The notes: generated by a model not told the origin, from the letters alone. 64,000 nt of DNA from Macrostomum lignano (GCA_002269645.1 NIVC01000769.1:1-64000), one strand, 5' to 3'; shown: positions 1 to 12,557, counted from the first letter of the stretch. Made by a program: numbers and translations.

Positions 1-3000
1 GCTCCATTCTGCAAATCTCCTGCAGAAGAATTCGCGCGCGAATTGTAAATGGACTCAGAAACCCGCATGGGTCGAACACCATCGCAACGCGCTTGAGCAG
101 CTGTCGTTTCGACTCAACGGACACTTCCTTCGCACCTGCATTTCCCGTGATCGCGAGCATATCATCATTGGCTGTCCAAGTCACTCCCAACGCCTTCGAC
201 GTCGCCATTTCTCCACGAAGCACGTGCTGCGCTTTCACCGCTCGATCCTCCGGAGCTACTGTCTCCAACACCTCAGACGCGTTCGACATCCATTTTCTCG
301 CACGCATGCCGGCTTTTTCCCACAGAGCTGTCAGTTCGCGGCGCAACTGGATAGCTTCATGGACGCTGTTCACTGAGTCCAAACCGTCCAAACTGTCGTC
401 CATGTAGGTCGACTTCAGAATGGTTTCTGACGCTCTTGGAAAAGTTTCCTGATGACTCCTAGCATGCTCCTGCGACACGAACTGAGCAAGAAACGGCGAA
501 CAATTAACTCCAAAAACGACACTCTGAAACTCGAATACCTCAAGTTTGCCCGTTTCGGTCCTGTCTCGCCACAAAAATCGAAAGTAGCACCGATCTTCTG
601 GCTTGAGGCGAATTCTGAGGTACATCTCTTCAATGTCGCAAACGATTGCCACTGGACCGCGACGGAATCGAAGGAGCACTTGAAATAGGTCGTTCTGAAG
701 CTTCGGTCCTGGAAGGATGACGTCATTGAGACTCACTCCTTGGCAGCGCGCGGAAGCGTCAAACACGATACGGACCTTGGTGGTGTCCTTGTCTTCTCTG
801 ATTACCGGAAAATGCGGCAGGTACCATTCGGTGTTTTGAAGCTCACTGCTGTCTTCGACCTTCTTGAGATAACCTTTTTCCAACTGGCCTTCCAACACCT
901 CCTGATACACTTTTGGCAATCCTTCACTCCTCTGCAGTCGCTTCTCCGTGCTGATCAGTCTGCGTTCCGCAGCTTCACGATTGCTCGGCAGAGCACGATT
1001 TTGAGACTTCCATGGAATGGCTACCTGATATCTTCCTTCCACCACCGACATCGACTCCTTGACTACCGCCACAGCACGCTGCTCATCCGCAGTTAACGTC
1101 CCTCTTTCGCGGTTCAGCTCAGCTACATCAGGAACTTCCTCGATCGCCCACAACCTTCGAACCTGACTGTCGACCTGATCTTGACACTCGTGGCAGAGGA
1201 ACGATTCCCCGCTCTTGCTGCTTCCCTCATCCGAACCTAACTGCCCGATGCAGGTCCATCCAATAGGAGTCAGTCGAGCTATTGGTTCCCCTGGCATTCC
1301 ACAGACTTCTTTGCAAGCCAGATGCATCTCGGCATTGTCGACACCGATAAGCATGTCAACCGTCTTCCGGCTTGATGTTGACTCAAACGGAATGCCTCTC
1401 AGATGCGCCCAGTGCTCCGCCAGTTGACTCCAATCCACTGCCTTCATTCCGCCGGTTACTTTCTCCGCTGTGAAAGCAACAATTTTTGTTCTCAAACGCT
1501 GCATCGACACTCCGGACTGTCACCTCTACAGGCGCTGTTTCAAACGACTCGACTCCTCCGTTGAGCACCTTAACGTTTATGCGCTGAAGTTTACCTTCGA
1601 GTCCCAGCTCTGCTGCTACGTCCGCATTGAGGTACGTGCGCGTACTCGCATCATCAAGCAACGCGTTGATCCGAACTTGGCGCTCACCAGCCACCAATAT
1701 CACCGGCACCGTCCTCAACGCAGTTTCCTTTACGACTTCAGCCAGCATAGTGCGCTCCTTCTTCGTCGCCGCTGATATGTCCTCGCGGGTTTTCGTGCCT
1801 CTCCTTCGCCGCCTCTCGTCACTGCAGCTGCTGGTTTCGGCTCCCGCTTCTGGTGAAGCATTCGATGGTGTTTTCCTTGGCAACCATCTACGCCACAGGT
1901 TCTAGACCGCCGACAAGCTAAACCAGAGTGATTGACGCCGAGACAATGAAAGCACAGCTTCTTCTCACGAGCAACGGCCCATCGCTTCACTACATCCATC
2001 TCCACAAACTTCGGGCACTCCCAGCGCCATGGCTTCCTTCACAGACACGGCAGTTTTTCTTGCGCTGCTCATCGGCTCTCGTTGACTCCGCGACAGCGCC
2101 AAAATGCGTTCGAGCTGTTTCCGTGCGCTGCATCCCGCTGAATTTCTTACTTTGCTCCATCTTCCCTGCTCCTGGCCCATTCTGTGCCGCAACTCCATGC
2201 ACTGCCTCCATAGCAACCGTCTGATACTCAGCCTCCCGCAGCAGCCATTGATGAAGAGCGCTGAGCGTGTCATTTCTGCCATTCTCCCCGACCCATCGGT
2301 GGTACCGTGCCAAGGTGTCAGTCGGCAATTTCTTTTGCACGCGAAGATGAAGCAATCCATTGCTGTCTAGTTCAGCTTCACGACCCGCCTCCATCAGATT
2401 GATAACCGCTACATCCACCAGATCAGCCAGCTTCTTCAACTGAGGCGCGCTCTCCGTCACAATGGGCCGAAAACGGTCCAAGTCCTCCAACACTAGCACC
2501 AGCCGGCGCCGCTCTCCTCCATATTCTCTCTCCAACCTATCCAGAGCCGCCTTGTACGCAAATTCAGAATGCCCTAGGTTGGCTATTAGCTTTAGCGCAT
2601 CGCCCTGCAGACACTGCCTCAGTTGCAACAGCTTGTACACACGAGAGGAGGGTGCAGCATCTACACACGCGTAAAAGGCCGCCTTCCACCCTCGTATTGA
2701 CGCTTATCACCTGAGAAACTGGGAATCGCCACCCGCTGCAATTGCCGCCACATGTCCTGACTGACCTGCCTCTCCGCTTCTTCTCTCACCCTCTGTGTAC
2801 ACTCTTGCTGAACGATTGGCTCTCTAAGTTGCCACTGTACACTGGCTGACTGTGAGGTGGCTGGCCTGGGTGCAGGGTTTTGTTTTATCGATCGCTCGCC
2901 TGACCCCCTTCGTGGGCAGTCCAATCAGCTTTTTCACTCCTGTCTGGCGCAGCGCTTACACCCACCTCAGCCCCAATCGACTGTTCAGCCAAACCTGAAC

Positions 3001-3606
3001 CTGGGCTAGCCCTTTCACACGGGCTCTCTGCCTTAGTGCTGCCAGTAACAATTTTCAATCGCCTCAGCTCCTCTGCCAACTGCTCATGCCGTTGTTGATA
3101 GTCTCTCTCTAGCTCTCTCTGCACCTCTTCCAACTCCAGCGCTCTGTGCTCTGCGGCTTGCACTTTTCGCTGCTCTTCCTCACGCCTCTGCTGTCCTTCA
3201 GACTCCGCCAAGCGATCCTGTTCCTCCCTCTCAGCTGCTTCACTTCTGCTACGATCTTTCCAGAACTCGGTCATCAGACCCACAGTCTCACCGTAGTCCT
3301 TTTCAGCATTCTCCAGCTCCTTGATCGTTTGGCGACGCAGTGGCAGGTCGTTTCCGGCGAGCTCCAACATCTTCTCCAGCTCAGTTGTCACCGCCTCGAA
3401 TAGCTTCTCCATGAGAGTCGCTTGCTGTTGTACTTCGGCGCCGTCTTGACCACCAGCAGCGAGTTGTTGTACCAGCCGGTTTCTTCCTTTGGTAAATGCG
3501 GCCTTGGCCCTCGTCTTGGCGGCCTTCGCGTCCATCAGCTTGCGTTCTTCCTCGTCCGCCGGCGGGTAGTTCGACTCGAATTCTTCTCCGTCCTTTTGCA
3601 TTTTTC

Positions 3607-3624
3607 AACCACGCTCTGCTACCA
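3607..3624 (-). promoter_or_regulatory. Primer binding site complementary to initiator tRNA-Met
   Basis: Minus strand TGGTAGCAGAGCGTGGTT lies 2 nt after ...TTAACA. It matches the complement of the eukaryotic tRNAi-Met 3' end (TGGTAGCAGAG..GGTT). Confidence 0.85.
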
Positions 3625-3626
3625 GT

Positions 3627-3834
3627 TGTTAAATCGACTAACTCTTCGAAACCGAAAAATAACTAAGTAGGCAAAAATCGGATGCTTGTAGGCTTCAATA
3701 CCTCTGCGTTCTCGCGCAGGCAAAACAAAACAACCCAGTTAGCAAAAAACACGCTGACCAAAAATCACGCCCTTTTTAATTATTATTTAACGTGGGGTGG
3801 GGTTAGCAAATTGAGGGGGGTTGGCTCATGTACA
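3627..3834 (-). repeat. Putative 5' LTR of the BEL element
   Basis: Ends in ACA next to the PBS. A TGTACA start at 3834 is plausible but cannot be confirmed without the 3' LTR. Confidence 0.55.
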
Positions 3835-3909
3835 TTAAATAAAGAGCAAATACATGTACAATTAAATAAGTAAAACCCCAAAAATATGACAAAAAATGAA
3901 CCTCCAGAA

Positions 3910-4576
3910 CAAAGCTAGCAAGGCTTTTTACATGAGCAAAAATGCAAGCTACATTTGGCTTTCAACAATACGTGCATGTATATCTATTAGTAAAAGAAGC
4001 GTCTTGTCAAAAAAGAGAAGCGAAGTTATGTCAAGCACAAGCCGTCATGTAAAACATAAAAGAAACTTCATCAACCATAAAAGCAGCGTAAAGGTAGGTA
4101 ACACAGAAGAAACGTCATCTAAAATATAAAAGAAGCGTCATTTAAAAATAGTTTACGTCTTGCGATGTTAAGGCCTACGGGGGGCAATTTCTTCGATTTC
4201 GATTTCGAGTTGCTTATTGGCCGCCCCGAAGGGGGGCGCAAGATTGCTACTAATGTTCAAACAGATTTTTTACATGTAACTGTGTTCAACGAATGCTGTT
4301 TGTAGTTTTCTTTTTCCCATATCATTAATCTCATATTTGAATCTTATTGATTCTTTCAGATTTTTTAAAAATACTCCTATCAGAAAAGCTTTATTAGGCC
4401 TAGTCAAAGCTAAAGTTAATGATACGCTAGCGCGCGGCTAGCTCTATAAACAGCATTCATTGGACACAGCTACATGTGGAGGATCCGTTTGAACATTAGT
4501 GGATATACATGCACGTATTGTTAAAAGCCAAATGTAGCTTGCATTTTTGCTCATGTAAAAAGCCTCGCTAGCTTTG
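3910..4576. mobile_element. MITE-like element with ~75-bp terminal inverted repeats
   Basis: 3910-3984 is the reverse complement of 4502-4576 with 2 mismatches. No TSD found. Confidence 0.65.
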
Positions 4577-6016
4577 CATATAAATACGGTCATGAATAAT
4601 TAAGAGCCTGGAGTGTTTTTAGGTAGTCATTTTTGGCAGTCAAATTGTCCGCAGTCAAATTTACCGCCGTCAAATTGTCGGCAGTCATTTTGCCCGCAGT
4701 CAAATCGTCTGCAACGTACGGCCGGTTTACATGTCCTAAACGACAGGACTCAAATAACGGGAGCACTTTATGGGTAAGAACCAGGAAGTCTGACGATTAT
4801 CAAACAAAATTTGTTTACACAGTTTAGAGTCCCCAAGCTGGCCAGTCACGTGGTGCTCTCAAAGGCTTGCGCGAGTATTCTTGAGTTTGCACTCAGTAAC
4901 AATTGTAAAATGCATCCCGCCGATGCAAAATGGGATCAGAATTTTCTAGTCAGATATGGATTCCATTAATTAAGTGGCCTACACGCAGCATTGGGTTTTT
5001 TCGCCAAATTGGTGCTACATGATGACGTAACCCAGACCGCGTGAAAACACACGTGCAACCCTTGGCCTCTGGCGCTGAAAGGCCCTGTCCCCTAGACTTT
5101 GTCCGCCTCTGGATGGTGCGGTAGCTCCTGTTGCGGCCAAGATCCCATTATCTAGACAGCGGGCCCGGTGTTACACTTTAGACTATTCGGGGTTTCTTGT
5201 CTGGCCCGGATATCCGAACGCACTTACGATATCCGCCCGGATGCTGTGAAGCAAAAAACCTGCTTTGCTTCTCCTTCCCGGATATTTTGAGCTGCTTTGC
5301 AATGTCCGGGCACCTTGAGGTGTCTCTCACGACACTGCATGACTCTGCTATATCCGCCCCGGAGATTACAAGTAGGGGAAGTTGTCTTAGGACATCCGAC
5401 TGTAGGTTGAAAGGGGCGGAGTCTGCTGAGGTTGCAGAATCTGCTGAGACAAAGGTTTGCTTTAGGACATCCGGCTACTGATATCTGGGGTTAAGAATAG
5501 CAAAATTTAGAGATCACTTTCACGAAATAGAAAATAACTTTTTGCTACTTTTTCAATTGGCAAACATCTGTGCCATGCTTATGTTGTACCTGTGGTTGTC
5601 CTGATGTCCAGCGCAGTGACTTGGGCTCTCCGTCTTCTCACTCGGAAGCCTTCTTAACTCTTAGTAGCGTAGGTAGTGCTGCCACCAGTTCCTTCAGGTC
5701 TCGGCCTTCGATGAGGTGAGCTTCCCGTCGGAACGAAATAACGAAGTCAACGAACTCAGCACCGGGTGCAGATTTGCAGTTCAACGTACAAGGCGTCTCG
5801 TCAGCAGCACCTGCCGGGTTTGGTTGGTTCAGGGAGGGCTGAGTTAGCCTCTCGTAGGCTTGAGGTTGGACTTTAGTGGGGTCTCAGTCAGACCAGTACA
5901 AGCAGATTCAGTATACGCAAAGGGCACCTAGTTAGACACTGATGCACACGGGAGCTTAGTGGATGGATTCTCCGCAGATAAGAAGCCTCCTTGACGGAAA
6001 CAAGGGGAGAGGGGTC

Positions 6017-6221
6017 CTATTTATAGCCGGGAGACACCCACGCACAAGACCTCGTGACTCGTTCTATTTTTAGAACTGACGTCACTTGAGGTCTCGGGGC
6101 AGAGTCTCAGTGCGCGCCAGACCTCGTGACTCGTTCTATTTTAGAACTGACGTCACTTGAGGTCTCCGGCCAGAGTACACGCGGCTGTGACTCAGTTGCT
6201 ATTTTTAGCAACATGAGTCAC
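6017..6221 (-). promoter_or_regulatory. TATA promoter with three tandem palindromic enhancer units (CRE/AP-1), LTR-like
   Basis: CTATAAATAG on minus (6017-6026). Near-identical hairpin units at 6047-6094 and 6119-6165 carry TGACGTCA; a related unit at 6187-6221 carries TGAGTCA. Confidence 0.5.
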
Positions 6222-6334
6222 TCCTCTCCTTAGAGAAGGGAGGGGTCCGAAAGCACGTGATTCTCCCGGTAAACAGGGCCAACGAGTGCAGTAAACATGG
6301 CTGTCAGCGTCGGCTCGCGAAGCGCTGCTGCAAA

Positions 6335-6602
6335 AGTTCTCGCGGTGTAGGTCTCGCGTCCTGCGGTCTTGCGGGAGGCGGCTGATGGCGGAATACTCAC
6401 GGGCGTAGGCCTCGGCGATGTCCTTCGACTGGACGAGCGTCTTCTGGCCAACCCGGAGCGCTGCGTCCCGCTGCAGGTTGCTATTTCTGCCGTCGAGGGA
6501 GCGGACAACTCTCCAGATCTTGGAGTAGTCGCTGTCGACTGCCACCTCGCCGGCGAAGGTCCTCCAGCTCTCGCGTTTGGCGTCGGCAATCGTCTTCTTG
6601 AC
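6335..6602 (-). mobile_element. Non-LTR retrotransposon (LINE, I/Jockey-like) ORF2 fragment, linker between endonuclease and RT
   Basis: VKKTIADAKRESWRTFAGEV...SKIWRVVRSLDG...KDIAEAYAREYSAISRL resembles the conserved pre-RT region of LINE ORF2. Confidence 0.7.
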
Positions 6603-6674
6603 TAAGTTAGGAGGTCTAAGTTAGGCCAAAGTTCCAGGAGGCGGAGCAGGAAGTTGAGTCCGAGCGGGCCAAAA

Positions 6675-6830
6675 ACGCCGTTTTATATAGCCACCAACTG
6701 GACCGCAATTTGTTATAATGGAACACCTTGACGCTGATTGGCTGAGCCGATTTGTTATAACGCACGTCGAATTTTCTGATTGGCTGAGCTTGTTGCCACC
6801 CAAACTCACGTGACCAGAAGATCCTATCAG
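6675..6830 (-). promoter_or_regulatory. TATA + two CCAAT boxes + E-box promoter-like module abutting the LINE fragment
   Basis: Minus-strand CTATATAAAA near 6680-6690, two GATTGGCTGAGC repeats (CCAAT on minus) and CACGTG. Confidence 0.4.
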
Positions 6831-9800
6831 TTCCCTCGGGGCCATAAAAATACGCCAGGTGCGGTCATAAATCACTCAAAATCGCTACATATTGATTTAT
6901 GACCTTTCGCATAGGAATGACAAAAATTAATGAAAAAATATACATTAGAAAGCTCTTATTAAGTAGATAATGAAGATAATGAAGAGAAATCGCTAATCGC
7001 TAATCCCAACGTACTTTTAGGGCCAAAACGCATAGTTGTCAAAGCTGTCACACGCTTGAGTAAACACGAAAATAATAGGCCTTGACCTCATAAATCTTGA
7101 TGGCCTGTCAAAATGAAGAGAAAAAGCTGCCACCCGCATCCTCTCAGACCATCTGGCGCCAGTCTCAGCATTGAGTGAGGCGCAGGTGGCTCTCAGGCCA
7201 GCTCGAAAGCAATGATTTATGACCCAAAAGCCGCACCTATGTTATTATAACTACAAGTATGGCAAAATCATATAACTAGTATGAATTCTAGGAAAATTAC
7301 ATAAAGAGAAGAAAAGATGCCCATAGCCTGTTGTTAGTATAGGCTAGTAAGTTTGGAGCCCATGTGCGAGCGTGAAGTTTGGAAAAAAGTGCGTCCTCAT
7401 CAATAGTACGACGAACCTTTACGAAAAGTGTAAGAATGCTCTTTTCTCTGATCTTTCTTTTTACTCGTAGATTCTCTTTTGTTCTGGAATGTTTCGACTG
7501 CTCAACATACTTGTCGTTCAGAACGTAAAAAACACTTGATTAAGCGGTTACTTTAGCCATCGAGACAAAAAATTCCAGAACGTAGTAGCACTTGGACAAG
7601 AAATATACTCGACCTATATCTGAAAAGTTAGCTCGTAAGTGTACGAGCTATTACGAGTATATGCAGACCTTACTGTGTCAGTCACTCTGCAGACCTCACT
7701 CTGTCACTCACTCTGCAGACCTCACTCTGTCAGTCACTCAACTTTCACAACACATTCCTTTGTGGCTATTAGCTCGTACACTGATCTTCATTGCATGTAC
7801 GTTTGTAGTGCAAGCAATGTGACGCCAGTCTATTTATCGATTTATTCTTAGACTGCACCTTATCTGCCCCTCCCCAGCCCTCTGTGTCAGCCCATTCTCT
7901 CTTAATGAAATGTTCTTCTGCCCCACACATTGATATGCGCCTCAGCAGGTAAATAATTTGACCAACTTGCCACCCCAATCTTTATTCACCCCGAAAAATT
8001 TAAGACCCAGGATATTTCAAAGCCAGATTTTGTTGTGCCTTGGATTATCCAGGGTAGGTTATCACAAAGCGATAATGATTTTGCTTTGCGATGTCCGCCG
8101 GATAAATTGAACAACGGTGGACAGAAAGCCTAACACCAGGTTGTTTGAAGGTACACGCCAGAGGCGCGGCCGCCACCAGTCACCTGTTGCGGGAGTACAC
8201 CCGCGGTAAAAAACTCCCATAACTAGACGTTAACTCCCGGTCTGTAACAGACAAAGGTTCTTGACCCCAACTGTACTAGAAATGGCCGATTAAAAGGGAC
8301 TCTATGCGAGGCATACAAGGAAACGAGGACTTTTGCATAGGGGGGTTGTTTAGCTGCATGGTGAGCGATTTTAAGTCTACGATTCCCTCTTACGCCCCAG
8401 GATCCCAAGGTCAAATAATAGGTAACGCCATTTTTGTGTCATCCTCCTTAGATGGGTTCGATGCTGCAGGGAATGGGGAATTGCAGGTTCCAGAGCTCTC
8501 TTGTGGTGCACATCCTGAAGGGACTTGTTTAGAAATATTGTTACTGCTATGAATTTCGGTTGAATTCGGCTCATACTCGGTGATCTTCCGTAAACTTAAT
8601 CTGCTTAACATGTCAAACAATGCGTGCAAATGTACAATTAAATAGAATAATTAAATGCCAATAATTACTTTGCAAAAAGACTTTTACAACGACGGTACAC
8701 TAAAAGATGTACAAAAACTCAAGCCGTCACACTCAGCTTCCATTCCATGCCCTGTGACAGGCGCACTCACTACTCACGCTTCATACCACGATTCCTGGTA
8801 AATAAGTGTAAACAGACAGAAGCAACAGAGTTCAATAGCTAACGCCTTGAACTATGGCCCTAACAGTTCGGAAAAACGGAATAAGTTAAGATTAAAAGAT
8901 TAAGAAATCGTGAGCAATGGGGGGAGACCGGGCTAACGATACCCAAGGGCAGCGCAACAGAGGAAAAATACGAGTACCTTACAGACGCGGCCGACGGGCA
9001 GGGCTATTTGGCGCGGTGGTCGTCGGATGGTCACGGCGGCGGCTGCAGTCACGGATGATCAGTCCAATCAAAACACGTCAGAAAGGGAGGTTAAAGCAAA
9101 GGGGCCGGAGAGACGGAGGGAAAAGGAATGAAAGAAAGAAAGAGGGAGGAAGAATAAAATCAAGACGTGTCGCCTCGAGAGTAGCCGCTCAGGGCTTAAA
9201 GCGGGCTCCTATTCATAGCCCTGAGTTACGCAACGCGAAAATAGAAGGCCGTGGCTTGTCCTTGGCCTCTGTTACCAAGCAACCGTGATGACGTCACCCA
9301 CCAGCCGCGCTGTGATTGGATGAAAAATAGGGGTGGGGCGCAGCGGAGAAAAATGATTTATGATGGGGGATTACGTAAAAGGTGGGAAAGAGCTTAATGA
9401 GATAGTGGGTCAAAACTGTCACACGCATGAATGATTTCGAACAATAGAAAGGTGGTGGGGCACTGGTGCGCGGGTATCGAGTGGGGTGGGCGATAATCAT
9501 GTGTCACCAGAATCACAGGGGAGAAAGGGAGGGTGCGCAAAATTAGTGGTGGGCCCAGGACGTGCCTCATCAATAAGTCTGAATGAGGCACTGAAGGCGC
9601 TCTGCGCTGAAACGCTGCTCCAGGTGGTGTCCGATACGGTAATTTTTGTGTCACCATCATCATCATCAGGTCCGTAGACAATGGCCGTTGATGCATCCAT
9701 TTCTCGACAGCGACTCTCTACCTCGTTCGATCTACATATAAGGCCATCCTCATCAGCTGCACCACCCTCTTTTGACTCCACTCCTTCAGATTGTCCGTCC

Positions 9801-10004
9801 AGTCCCATTGTGGCCTGACTCTACCCTTTCGTCCACCTTCCACCTTTCCACCACCTTCAACCACAGACTCAGCACTCCATCACTTCTCGCAACGTGCCCA
9901 AATTTCCTTTCTGTAGGTCTGTAGGATCTGTAGGTCTGTAGGTCTTCATCTCGAAAGCTCTGAGCCGCTTTTCATCTTTTTTCCCATTGCCCAGCTCTCA
10001 CACG

Positions 10005-10200
10005 GGAGCACGAGAATTGCCCGCAGACGGATTCCCCGCTGAGATTTGCCCGTCGAGCTTTTCCAGCCGAGAATTGCCCTCCGAGATTTGCCCGCAAGTG
10101 AATTGCTCGCGAGCAAATTGCCCACCGAATTTTTTCCCGCCGAGGTTTGCCCGCAATGCTTCTTTTCCTGCAGCGCATTTAATCACGCGGCAGGTTTTGT
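10005..10200. repeat. Degenerate ~15-bp tandem array (foldback/MULE arm-like)
   Basis: Repeated GAGA(A/T)TTGCCC(G/T)C units. A similar short array (GCAGTCAAATTGTCC) lies at 4636-4712. Confidence 0.6.
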
Positions 10201-11270
10201 CTGCCATGCCTCCCTAATGCTTAGTAATTGTCTTAATAAAGAGATTTGACCCGATCAAAACGTTTCGATGGTAACTGCGTATCAAATGCATTTTTTCTTG
10301 TGGGTTTTCATTTCTATATAGAATACATGCAGGGGTACATCAGTGAGCTGCATTCATATGCCATGCCACTTAATTGTCCCCTAAATCTCTACAACTCTGA
10401 CAACCAATTCTAAGACCTTCCCACCAATATTTTGAAGACCATTTTAGTATATGGGTGATAGTCACAGATCGGAGTATGAGCGTACACTGGTGTATTATAG
10501 GCCGCAGTTAGATTAGTTTTTCGTTTCTGCCGTTCGGGACTTTCGCGCATGAACAATTTTGTTTATCGACCAGTAAGACCTAGGTAACTTTTAACTGCTT
10601 TAAAGAATAGCTACATGTGTACATGTATATCCAAGCAGAAAATATCAAAGCTCACAGCCCCCATATGCAGGTACCTTGAATTTATACAGCCTAGGTAAGT
10701 TTAAAATGCACAATTTACTTGGAAGTTGAGCAGCTCTGTTCACCAGTTTCAAGAAAAAAAAGATTTCAGAAAATTAATACTCTGCAAAAGTACTCGTCAT
10801 TTCAATCTCATTTCTGCTGGTCGCAAGTACATTTTTGTATCTTCACACCTGGACTAAAAACATCTAAACTACCCTTCTTATCTGAGCCACGAGACGTGCC
10901 AGACAAGCCATACCAGCATACTGCATGGACAAGTACGTACCATGTGAAGTTCATTCCTGCATTTTAAATTTATAGTTTGTCTTCGAATGTTTGAAAAGCT
11001 CGATATAATGCTTACATGTACACGCTTCGTCACTGCCAGTGTCTGCTGAAATCTGTCCACCGGTCCCATTCCTATTCTAAAAGCTCTTTCACTGGCTGCT
11101 TCAGTGGACAGCATAGGCTATGGCGATATCAGTTGGAAAGAGCTTGATAAGGTGGATTGAGCTTAATTAAACTGTGTCGCAAGTAGACCATATGGAACAA
11201 ATAGAATGCATGCTGCGTATGCATTTCCAAGGAGAAGCGGGCCAATCTGTGAGAAAAATAAGCGAGAGAA

Positions 11271-11807
11271 ATGTCCAGCGTGGAAACTGTCACAGTGGAG
11301 TCGCTCGAAACTCAGGAGGACCCGAGTCAGACTGACACTGACAGCAGCATTATGGATCTGAGAATGCCCATTTACCGGACAAGCATTGTGCACCTCACGC
11401 TGTCCGGCATAAACAGCCTCCTCACTCTGCTGCTGCTGTGCGCCAAGCTTTTCACAATTATCTTCAATGGAGTCTTCCCGTCCCTATGGTACCTCAGCTT
11501 CCTGTACACTGTGTTACGCATCCTCCACATCTGCGCAGGCGCAACAGCCTACACAGTTAAGGACGTCTCTATTGACCATTTAAAAACCCGCGTTAGCATG
11601 GCGTGCGCCGTCTGTGGAATCAGCGTCCTATTCTCGCTGGGCGAAGCCATCGGCAGAGGATTCGAGACCAACTATTACATGAAGACGAATGACGTGCTGA
11701 ATGGAGTCGGTAGCGGCGTCCAGGTACTACTGAATCTGGGGCTCTGCATTCTCAGTGCCATTCTGACTGTTATGTGCGCAACGCTTACTGGCAAGCTGAG
11801 GTCATGA
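11271..11807 (+). CDS. Intronless 178-aa protein with four predicted transmembrane segments (tetraspan-like orphan)
   Basis: ATG-to-stop ORF, GC-rich against AT-rich flanks. Acidic N-terminus followed by four hydrophobic stretches. Family not recognised. Confidence 0.75.
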   Translation: MSSVETVTVESLETQEDPSQTDTDSSIMDLRMPIYRTSIVHLTLSGINSLLTLLLLCAKLFTIIFNGVFPSLWYLSFLYTVLRILHICAGATAYTVKDVSIDHLKTRVSMACAVCGISVLFSLGEAIGRGFETNYYMKTNDVLNGVGSGVQVLLNLGLCILSAILTVMCATLTGKLRS

Positions 11808-12557
11808 GCGAGAGAGCGCCAATTACAATTTCGTCAACCGGAAACAGATATACGGAATATGTTTTCTTTTCTAGTTCATCTTGTAACTTGGGAATTCTTA
11901 TTGGCGCAAAATTTTTGCTCTACAAGTATACTTTATCTATTTTTATATTGATTTTTAGACTTTAATAAGTCTCACCACAATTTTGCATTGCTTGTGCTCC
12001 GAAAAGATATAGTTTGAGATTTTTTCTATGACAATTATAAAACCTATGCAGAAAAATCAAAACTTTGCATCGCTAATCATGTGCAAAATGTATCTGAAAT
12101 AACAGACCACGAGGTCAGAGTAGCTAAAGAAGGACGTCTAACGCTTATCTAATCCCCCCACCCCTACAAAAGTACCGCTCCCATAAAAAGTTCCATCCGC
12201 TAACAACTGAATGAGAGGCAACCATGCAACCAGCGCAAGCTCGACGAATGACAGGGCTCAACTTTGCACCTACAGTGTATTAGATGTCGTGGAATTGCGC
12301 TAGAAGACAGGGGTAGGCCGGGCGCCACCAGACTGTGCACTGAGAAATATATGTAGGGGGTGTCCACCAGAAATACATGTAGGTGCGCCCCCTCTAGGCA
12401 CCATGACATGTACTAGCATACATGTACCGTGTTTGCGCATAAATTTGCCTGCCGCGATGCTTACCCTCCAGGGTGGATTTCATGAAGCCACTTAGACAAA
12501 TTACAAGTGACAATTGGTGACAACTCCGACAAGTAATGCGTTTCATGAGATTAAGTA

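Larger units (their letters stand above)
1..3834 (-). mobile_element. BEL/Pao LTR retrotransposon, 5' part (LTR, PBS, gag, protease, RT); runs off the window start
   Basis: Gag coiled coil (2885-3601); DUF1759-like segment QDMWRQLQRVAIPSFSGD...LLQLRQCLQGDA; triple Cys-His knuckles (CRVC..H, CFHCLGVNH...C, CGVDGCQGKHH); protease LLDDASTRTY; RT motifs WYLPHFPV, KVRIVFDAS and YMDD (395-406). Frame is broken by several 1-nt indels. The outer LTR end is approximate. Confidence 0.95.

Noticed and set aside
5705-5750. Hammerhead-like CTTCG..ATGAG..GAAA..CGAAG arrangement
   Set aside because: The core CUGAUGA is absent (TCGATGA) and the stems are inconsistent.
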